DNA from: Candidatus Moraniibacteriota bacterium
Lineage (GTDB): Bacteria; Patescibacteriota; Minisyncoccia; Moranbacterales; UBA1568
Assembly: GCA_052034935.1 (NCBI GenBank)
Contig: JBPOIB010000001.1
Location: 236,173 to 300,172, forward strand
Length of the DNA: 64,000 bases
Direction: 5' to 3'
Below are positions 57,700 to 64,000 of the stretch, one piece after another; the first letter of the stretch is position 1, and each line of letters opens with the position of its first letter. The notes beneath the pieces are model-generated. The model ran no database searches, was not told the DNA's origin, and worked only from the letters and a program-made list of their open reading frames with translations. Made by a program: the position numbers and the translations under genes.

Positions 57700-58842
57700 A
57701 TGAAACTGCTCATCTTCTCTCCCTACTACCCTCCCCACACTGGCGGACTCGAGAGCCACAGCGAGGAATTCAATATCGCACTCGCTTCAAAAGGAGTTTC
57801 CCTGACCGTCTTCACCCCCCTCCTTCCAATTGCTGGTTCGTTTGATGAGTCACCGCGTCCAGGCATCAGAGTCATTCGCTACCCAGCCTTTGAAATCGTC
57901 TCCAATTTCCCCGCTCCGAAAATCTGGCAGCCTGTTTTCTGGAAACAACTCGAGACTCTTTCGCAAGAGGATTTTGACTTTGTCGTTTCCCGGACCCGCT
58001 TTTTTCTCTCTTCGCTTCTCGCGCTCGCTTTCGCGAAATATCGTCGGATTCCGCTCATCCACATCGAGCACGGATCGGACTTCGTCCAGCTCTCGAGCCG
58101 CTTCAAGACGATCGCTGCGAAAATGTATGACCTCACCTTCGGCCGGCTCGTTCTCCACTCATCGAAGATAAACATCTCCATATCCAAGGCGGTCCAACGA
58201 TTCGTCGCTCGATTCGATAACCGACCCTCTCCCGTCATCTACCGAGGAGTAGATTTTACCGCTATCGATTCAGTCTCAGCCGAAGAGATGCTCCGGCAGC
58301 AGCACTCGGGAAAAATCATCCTTTCTACCGTCGCCCGTCTTTATCACTGGAAGGGAATAGCTGTCTCGATAGAGGCGATCCGAAAGCTCCCTGAAGATAT
58401 CCGGTCGAAGGTCGTTTTCTTGATCGTCGGCGATGGCGAAGATTTTAGCCGGCTTCAAGCGCTCAGCGCCGGACTGCCGATCGTCATGCTCGGCCGACGC
58501 AAGAACGAAGAAGCGATTGGCATCCTGAAAAGTACCGACATTTACCTGCATTCTTCTTTCCCAGGCGGTGGACTATCGACATCTCTCCTCGAGGCGCTCG
58601 CCTGCGGAGCAGCCGTGATCGCGACTCGGAATGAAGGCGCTGAAGAAGTGGTCGATCACGACCGGAACGGAATGCTCGTCGAAGCACCTGACTCCGCACT
58701 TTTCCGGACGGCAATTGAAGCGCTGGCAAACGACCCGGCACGACGAAGTCGCTACGGACAACTGGCAAGACAATCCGTCCGGGAACGATTCGATTGGCAG
58801 AAAACTGCCGAGCAGTACCTCGAAATACTGAAAGGACTATGA
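57700..58842 (+). CDS. Glycosyltransferase family 4
   Basis: GGGLSTSLLEALACGAAVIATR is the C-terminal GT4 motif. Confidence 0.7.
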   Translation: MKLLIFSPYYPPHTGGLESHSEEFNIALASKGVSLTVFTPLLPIAGSFDESPRPGIRVIRYPAFEIVSNFPAPKIWQPVFWKQLETLSQEDFDFVVSRTRFFLSSLLALAFAKYRRIPLIHIEHGSDFVQLSSRFKTIAAKMYDLTFGRLVLHSSKINISISKAVQRFVARFDNRPSPVIYRGVDFTAIDSVSAEEMLRQQHSGKIILSTVARLYHWKGIAVSIEAIRKLPEDIRSKVVFLIVGDGEDFSRLQALSAGLPIVMLGRRKNEEAIGILKSTDIYLHSSFPGGGLSTSLLEALACGAAVIATRNEGAEEVVDHDRNGMLVEAPDSALFRTAIEALANDPARRSRYGQLARQSVRERFDWQKTAEQYLEILKGL

Positions 58843-59699
58843 ATCTGAAATCCTTCATCAAGGTCCCGCTCGTTCTTCTCGAGAACATCCTCTTCGGATT
58901 ATTTCCTCGCCTCCGACCAATCATCGAGCGCCACTTTTTCAATCCGCTCGACTTCAAAGCTGACCATATCGCCTATTCGCAGAGAAAATTCGAGGAATTC
59001 TCCGCTCGTGTTCCGATTGGAAAAATCAAAAACAGCCATATACTAGAGCTTGGTCCGGGTGGATCGATCGGTTTCGGCCTCCTCACACTTGAAGGCGGTG
59101 CCGAGCGCTATACAGCGATTGATGATGGACTCCACACATTCATCGAAGACAAGATCCTCGAGCGCTATACCAAGCTCCTCCGGGGCAATACCGACGCCCT
59201 AAACGATTACTTTTCCGTTTCGCCCGATGGAAAATCAGAGTACCGTTCAGAGAAAATCGCTTTCTCCGCCATAGACCAAGAGTCGCGCTATCCGCTTCCC
59301 AACGCATCAGTTGACATCATCTACTCCTGCGCCGTACTCGAGCACGTCCACGACCTCGATTTGTGTTTTGCAGAAATGTCGCGCGTTCTCAAACCGGGCG
59401 GAATCATGTACCACGAGGTCGACCTGCGCGATCACATCTTTTCGCAGAAAAGCCTCTTCTTCCTTAATCTGAGCGATCGCTGGTTCAAGGCTCTTTTTCA
59501 AAATACTGGCGGTTATGTCAACCGGAAACGTGTCAGTTACTACCGAGATTTGGCAGCGAAATACCATTTGTCGATGATTTCACTCGAAGGAAAAAACGAA
59601 TCACCGCTGCCGGCTGTTCCAAAAAATATTATGAACCGGTATTCGGAAGAGGACCTGCAAACGCTCTCCTTCGTCGCAGTCTTTTCAAAAAACGAATAG
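58839..59699 (+). CDS. Class I SAM-dependent methyltransferase
   Basis: ILELGPGGSIGFG is motif I. VLKPGGIMY is a post-II motif. The gene shares an ATGA overlap with the upstream GT4 stop. Confidence 0.65.
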   Translation: MNLKSFIKVPLVLLENILFGLFPRLRPIIERHFFNPLDFKADHIAYSQRKFEEFSARVPIGKIKNSHILELGPGGSIGFGLLTLEGGAERYTAIDDGLHTFIEDKILERYTKLLRGNTDALNDYFSVSPDGKSEYRSEKIAFSAIDQESRYPLPNASVDIIYSCAVLEHVHDLDLCFAEMSRVLKPGGIMYHEVDLRDHIFSQKSLFFLNLSDRWFKALFQNTGGYVNRKRVSYYRDLAAKYHLSMISLEGKNESPLPAVPKNIMNRYSEEDLQTLSFVAVFSKNE

Positions 59700-59702
59700 T
59701 CT

Positions 59703-61367
59703 ATGGCACTCACTGAGCGAATCAGGACATTCTCAAAAGATAACATCTGGGTAATCGCCGCAGTCCTTTTTTTCATCGTCTGGAAATTCTTCCTCATCAG
59801 CACGCTCTGGGAGGATCGATTAATACCTCCCGGTCCAGATGACTCATTTGTCTACATCCTACACATTGACTCATCTCTTCACTGCGACAACCTTCTCTCT
59901 TGCCATGAACGCGCGTTCAACTTTGATACCTATGGCGGATTTGACCACCTCACCTACCGGGTCTTTCTTGGCGGTATTGGAAAATTACTTAAACTTGACG
60001 CGGTTGAGACCTACAAAATAAGTTTTTTTATAGGTATCATCCTCCTTGTCGGATCACTTATTTTTTTTCTTTCTCGATTCAAGGGCGCGACTGCCCCAAG
60101 CATTGCGGTATCACTCGGAGCACTCGCCCTCTATAACGGAGCCGGATCGTACCATGGATTTTTTTGGGTCGTTCCAAGTTTTTTTGCCCTTCTTATTTTC
60201 TTCTACATTTTTGGCATCTTCCTTGATGAGAAAATCCAGTATTGGAAATTATATTTCCTTTTTCTTGTCCCGGCAGGAATTTTCACACACGTACTCGGAC
60301 TATACCTTCTCACTGTTCTCCCTCTCTATATTGGATTCCAGACAATTATTACTCGCCACATAGACTGGCTCCAAGTCCGAAAAATATTTTTTATTTTCAT
60401 AATCGCCGCAGTATTTTATTTACCCGTTGGTGCTTACTATTCACATTTCTCATACGGAAATCCATACGGACCCAATGTCATCGCAAAACACATATTTGAA
60501 AAAGCGACCGACTTCGGAACGACTTCTACTCCAAAAACAGATAATTCAGACAGGGGGGTGTTTATTATATCTCAATCAGAACCAAACCATGCCAAACTTT
60601 TTCCTGGCTGGGAAAAAATTTACAGCGACTATTTCCGTTGGATTTTCCCAAGCCCTCTCGGCTATTTAGCTCTCGGTGTCTGCCTGCTCATCCTTGCATC
60701 GTATCGACAGTCTCAACTACTCAATTTATACTTGGCAAGCCTTGTTTTTGCTTTTGCTGCTTCGCTCAGTCCACACGGAGAGCGGTCCCTGATACTTGTT
60801 TGGCCAATCACTTTCCTTGTATATGCTCAAGCAGCCTGGTATGCATTTATCTTTATTTGTGAATGGGATACCCGGAGGCACATTGGTAAACTGGTAGGAT
60901 TCGCCTTCCTCTTTCTCGCTATAATCTGTGCCATCTTTCTCTCTGCCTCTTATAGCTACCTTTGGAACGTCTACTTAAATCACTCCCGAAACATCGCCAT
61001 CCCGTCAGCCCTTACTGAACATCTACTAAGTCTTCCACAAGAAAAAAATCAAATCGCCTACTCGATTGATATGAACTTTCTGGACAACTATCTTTTGCTA
61101 ATCAACGGAAGCAATCGCCCAAAAAAAACGATACTTTTATCTGAGGCCGCTTACTATGTAGAACTTACTCCTGAGCGGATTGAGCGCGATCAGAAAGCCT
61201 ACGACAAGATATTTAATGATTTCTTCACTATTATCCAAAACTTAGTCTTTTTTCATCGAGAAGAGAACAATATGAAAAGAGCAGGCGAACTCCCGCTTGA
61301 TAGGTTCTTTTCTCATATACCAGCAGTTCATTTCGATGATGTGGAGATCCTTCCTTCCCTTCAATAA
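59703..61367 (+). CDS. Polytopic membrane protein (554 aa), low-GC; possible GT-C/polymerase-like
   Basis: About 12 TM helices are predicted. GC is about 42%. No motif was recognised. Confidence 0.4.
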   Translation: MALTERIRTFSKDNIWVIAAVLFFIVWKFFLISTLWEDRLIPPGPDDSFVYILHIDSSLHCDNLLSCHERAFNFDTYGGFDHLTYRVFLGGIGKLLKLDAVETYKISFFIGIILLVGSLIFFLSRFKGATAPSIAVSLGALALYNGAGSYHGFFWVVPSFFALLIFFYIFGIFLDEKIQYWKLYFLFLVPAGIFTHVLGLYLLTVLPLYIGFQTIITRHIDWLQVRKIFFIFIIAAVFYLPVGAYYSHFSYGNPYGPNVIAKHIFEKATDFGTTSTPKTDNSDRGVFIISQSEPNHAKLFPGWEKIYSDYFRWIFPSPLGYLALGVCLLILASYRQSQLLNLYLASLVFAFAASLSPHGERSLILVWPITFLVYAQAAWYAFIFICEWDTRRHIGKLVGFAFLFLAIICAIFLSASYSYLWNVYLNHSRNIAIPSALTEHLLSLPQEKNQIAYSIDMNFLDNYLLLINGSNRPKKTILLSEAAYYVELTPERIERDQKAYDKIFNDFFTIIQNLVFFHREENNMKRAGELPLDRFFSHIPAVHFDDVEILPSLQ

Positions 61368-61377
61368 AAGAACCTCT

Positions 61378-63273
61378 ATGTGCGGCATCGCTGGAAAAAT
61401 TTCACTGACTAACCAATCCGTCTCAACCGAGGCCGTCGAGACGATGTGTGATGCCATCAAGCATCGAGGGCCGGACGATAGCGGCACCTATCTTTCTCCT
61501 GACCGAAAAATCGGCCTCGGCCATCGCCGGCTCGCGATTATCGATCTTTCCCCTCTCGGCCATCAACCGATGCGCTACCTCGACCGCTACGAGATCGTCT
61601 TCAATGGCGAGATCTATAATTTCCAGGAAGAGCGCGCCCTTCTCGAGAAAGACGGCTACACGTTTCAGTCTCATTCTGACACCGAGGTCATCCTCGCGCT
61701 CTATGACAAATACGGGGAACGCTGTCTCGAACGTCTCCGAGGAATGTTCGCTTTCGCGATTTACGACGAGCAAGAACAGATCCTCTTCGTTGCCCGTGAC
61801 CGGGTCGGCAAGAAGCCGTTCAAATACTTTTTTGATGGTGAAACATTCCTCTTCGCCTCGGAATTGAAGGCCATCCTCACTCAGCCGGAATATCGACGCG
61901 AACCAGACTATGTGGCCATCCATCACTACCTGACGCTCCAGTATGTTCCGGCACCGATGACCGGTTTCAAGGGTATCGCCAAGCTCGAACCCGGACACTT
62001 CCTCAAACTCGACGTGAAAGCGAAAACTCTGGAAAAAAAACGGTACTGGAAGCTTGATTACTCTGAGAAGCTTAATCTCTCCGAAGAAGAATGGAAGCAG
62101 CGGATTATCGATACACTCGAGGAATCCGTGAAACTCCGCATGATTTCGGATGTACCCATCGGCGCTTTTCTCTCGGGTGGCGTCGATTCGAGTGCCATCG
62201 TCGCCCTGATGGCTCGGAATTCTTCCCAGCCCATCAAGACTTTTTCCATTGGCTTCAAAGAGGAGAAATACAATGAACTCCCGTATGCGCGAAGGGTGGC
62301 GGAAACATTCGGCACAGAGCACACGGAATTCATCGTCGAGCCGCATACGATCGAACTCCTCCCGATGCTTGTCCGGCAGTACGAGGAACCATTCGCCGAC
62401 TCGAGCGCCCTTCCGACCTACTATGTCTCGAAACTGACGCGCGAACATGTGACAGTGGCGCTCAACGGCGACGGCGGCGACGAGAACTTTGCCGGCTACA
62501 CGCGCTATGCTGCCCTTCAGGCTTCGTTCATTCTCGAGCGTTTCTCATGGCTCGCCAAGACCGTCGGCGTCCCGATGACGAAGCTTCTGACCGATAGGGT
62601 GCCGAACACACTCACGAGCCGCATGCACCGCTTCACCAAGACGCTCTCTATCGACTACCGCGAGCGCTATATGGGCTTCACTTCGTACTTCACCAATGAG
62701 CAGAAAGCTCTGCTCTACACAGAAGACTTTAAGGCAAAGGTTTGGAGCAAAAATACATCCGACCTCATCGGGGTGCGCTTCCTCGAGTCCGGTTCGAAGA
62801 ATCGAACGGAACAAGCAGTTTATGCAGACTTCGCCACCTATCTCCCGGAAGACCTCATGGCCAAGGTCGACATCGCTACCATGGCTGTCTCGCTCGAGGG
62901 ACGATCCCCATTCCTCGATCACGTTCTCCTTGAACTCTCGGCCAAGATTCCTTTCAATCTCAAGCTCAAGGGATTCAACGACAAGAAATACATCCTCAAA
63001 GAAGCGCTCCGTGGTCTCGTCCCGGACGAAGTGATGGATCGGCCGAAAATGGGCTTCGGCGTCCCTATCGACCACTGGTTCCGAAACGAGCTGGCTGGCT
63101 ACGCTCGAGAAAAACTCCTCGGTGGAGAGCTTGTCAAACGGAACATCGTCCGGAAGGAATATGTCGCCTGGATTATCGACCAGCATACCGGCACCCGCGT
63201 CAACTACGCGAATCACCTCTGGGCTCTCCTCACGCTTGAGCTCTGGCTTGAGGAATACTTCGGGAAGGGCTAG
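61378..63273 (+). CDS. Asparagine synthase (glutamine-hydrolysing) family amidotransferase (AsnB/WbpS-like)
   Basis: MCGIAGKIS carries the Cys2 nucleophile. RGPDDSG, GHRRLAIIDLS and the PP-loop SGGVDSS are present. I set the start at ATG 61378. Confidence 0.85.
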   Translation: MCGIAGKISLTNQSVSTEAVETMCDAIKHRGPDDSGTYLSPDRKIGLGHRRLAIIDLSPLGHQPMRYLDRYEIVFNGEIYNFQEERALLEKDGYTFQSHSDTEVILALYDKYGERCLERLRGMFAFAIYDEQEQILFVARDRVGKKPFKYFFDGETFLFASELKAILTQPEYRREPDYVAIHHYLTLQYVPAPMTGFKGIAKLEPGHFLKLDVKAKTLEKKRYWKLDYSEKLNLSEEEWKQRIIDTLEESVKLRMISDVPIGAFLSGGVDSSAIVALMARNSSQPIKTFSIGFKEEKYNELPYARRVAETFGTEHTEFIVEPHTIELLPMLVRQYEEPFADSSALPTYYVSKLTREHVTVALNGDGGDENFAGYTRYAALQASFILERFSWLAKTVGVPMTKLLTDRVPNTLTSRMHRFTKTLSIDYRERYMGFTSYFTNEQKALLYTEDFKAKVWSKNTSDLIGVRFLESGSKNRTEQAVYADFATYLPEDLMAKVDIATMAVSLEGRSPFLDHVLLELSAKIPFNLKLKGFNDKKYILKEALRGLVPDEVMDRPKMGFGVPIDHWFRNELAGYAREKLLGGELVKRNIVRKEYVAWIIDQHTGTRVNYANHLWALLTLELWLEEYFGKG

Positions 63274-63295
63274 AATAGACCAATACTTATATCCT

Positions 63296-64000
63296 ATGCG
63301 TAAAAACCACCTCCCCTACCTCCGCGACCCGCTGACCCGATCCGTTTTCAACCTGAGTATCTTCGAAGAGTCCGGCGGGCACGTTATCTCCGGTCTTCTC
63401 TTGGCTGACCAAGGAAAAAGCTGGTATCCCATTATCGGTGGCATCCCCAGGATTCTCGTCGGTGAACTCAAGGAAAATCTCCTTCAGACGAGACAGGAAT
63501 TCTTTCAGCTCTACAAAAATGCTCTGCCGGAAGCGATACGGAACGAGTGGCAGAAAACGATTGAGAACATCGCTGATCTCGACGCCTTTCTCGCTCATCA
63601 GAAAAAAACAGCGGAGAGTTTCGCTTATGAATGGAAATACATCTATCGCGAAAACGACTATGAAAAGAATAACTTCTTTCATTTCGCCGGCCCGTACGTG
63701 ACCGAAGAGAGTCTCCGAAGAAAAGAAACCCTTGATATCGGCTGCGGATCAGGAAGATTCACCAAATGGGCTGCTCTTTCCGGCACAAAAGTCTCATTCG
63801 GGACAGATCTCGGCGAAAGCGTCGAAGTGGCGTATGAACTTACGAAGGATATCGAAAATGTTGCAATCGTCCAGGCAGATATCTACGCAATGCCGTTTTT
63901 CGGAAGTTTCGATCTCGCCTATTCTATCGGTGTCCTCCATCACCTTCCGAAACCGAAAGATGGCTTTCTCGGCTTACCGAAGGTCTTGAAGAGGGGCGGC
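63296..64000 (+). CDS. SAM-dependent methyltransferase with N-terminal Trm112-like segment (3'-partial, runs off window)
   Basis: The ATG lies at 63296. YPIIGGIPRIL is a Trm112-like motif. LDIGCGSGRFT is motif I. The ORF is absent from the track because no stop falls inside the window. Confidence 0.6.
   Translation, partial: MRKNHLPYLRDPLTRSVFNLSIFEESGGHVISGLLLADQGKSWYPIIGGIPRILVGELKENLLQTRQEFFQLYKNALPEAIRNEWQKTIENIADLDAFLAHQKKTAESFAYEWKYIYRENDYEKNNFFHFAGPYVTEESLRRKETLDIGCGSGRFTKWAALSGTKVSFGTDLGESVEVAYELTKDIENVAIVQADIYAMPFFGSFDLAYSIGVLHHLPKPKDGFLGLPKVLKRGG

Noticed and set aside
61423-62448. 341-aa minus-strand ORF
   Set aside because: It is antisense to the asparagine synthase homolog, which has an unmistakable Cys2 nucleophile and PP-loop.
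1-64000. Mobile elements (transposase, integrase, inverted terminal repeats)
   Set aside because: No DDE, serine or tyrosine recombinase-like ORF and no IS-type terminal inverted repeats were recognised. The compositional anomalies are flagged as a finding instead.

Overview
This is a gene-dense (about 95% coding) bacterial chromosomal segment. No rRNA, tRNA, CRISPR array, transposase or integrase was recognised by eye. Overall GC is about 52-58%, with a clear mosaic of low-GC genes (about 41-45%) and one high-GC gene (about 62%).

**Positions 1-15,500: housekeeping and envelope genes.**
- GH28-like beta-helix glycoside hydrolase, HI0933-type flavoprotein, Cas4/AddB-like PD-(D/E)XK nuclease, and a GGDEF diguanylate cyclase.
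- M23 peptidase, gltX, and a GT26 (WecG/TagA-like) transferase with ThpR.
- priA-def-fmt, a rhodanese protein, and a solitary groES.

**Positions 15,500-64,000: a cell-envelope glycopolymer biosynthesis supercluster of about 47 kb.**
- One long minus-strand operon: HD hydrolase, GT4, Wzy-like, GT4, LCP ligase, GT2, CtpA, a hypothetical, groES.
- Two nucleotide-sugar dehydrogenases, an epimerase and an AsnB-like amidotransferase.
- Three polyprenyl-phosphate-sugar-synthase-type GT2 enzymes plus one short GT2, a Wzx flippase, a UPF0104 flippase-like protein and DUF2304.
- Seven large polytopic GT-C/ArnT-like membrane proteins. These include a tandem paralog pair flanked by an inverted paralog pair; one is fused to a calcineurin-like metallophosphoesterase.
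- A secreted beta-helix protein fused to a degenerate CapA/PGA_cap domain.
- Embedded oddities: RtcB RNA ligase with a Tmk-like kinase, DUF1697, a COG0523 zinc chaperone, small secreted proteins, and two SAM methyltransferases.

Gene content (degenerate PriA, solo GroES, many GT-C enzymes, compact overlapping genes) is compatible with a Patescibacteria/CPR-like or other reduced-genome bacterium, but that is a low-confidence inference. Several sigma70-like promoters share a TTGACN-17-TGnTAnnnT architecture, and four clean rho-independent terminators sit between convergent genes.

The most novel-looking element is the block at 38.4-50.9 kb: paralogous ArnT-like GT-C enzymes, a GT-C/metallophosphoesterase fusion, and a beta-helix/pseudo-CapA protein.
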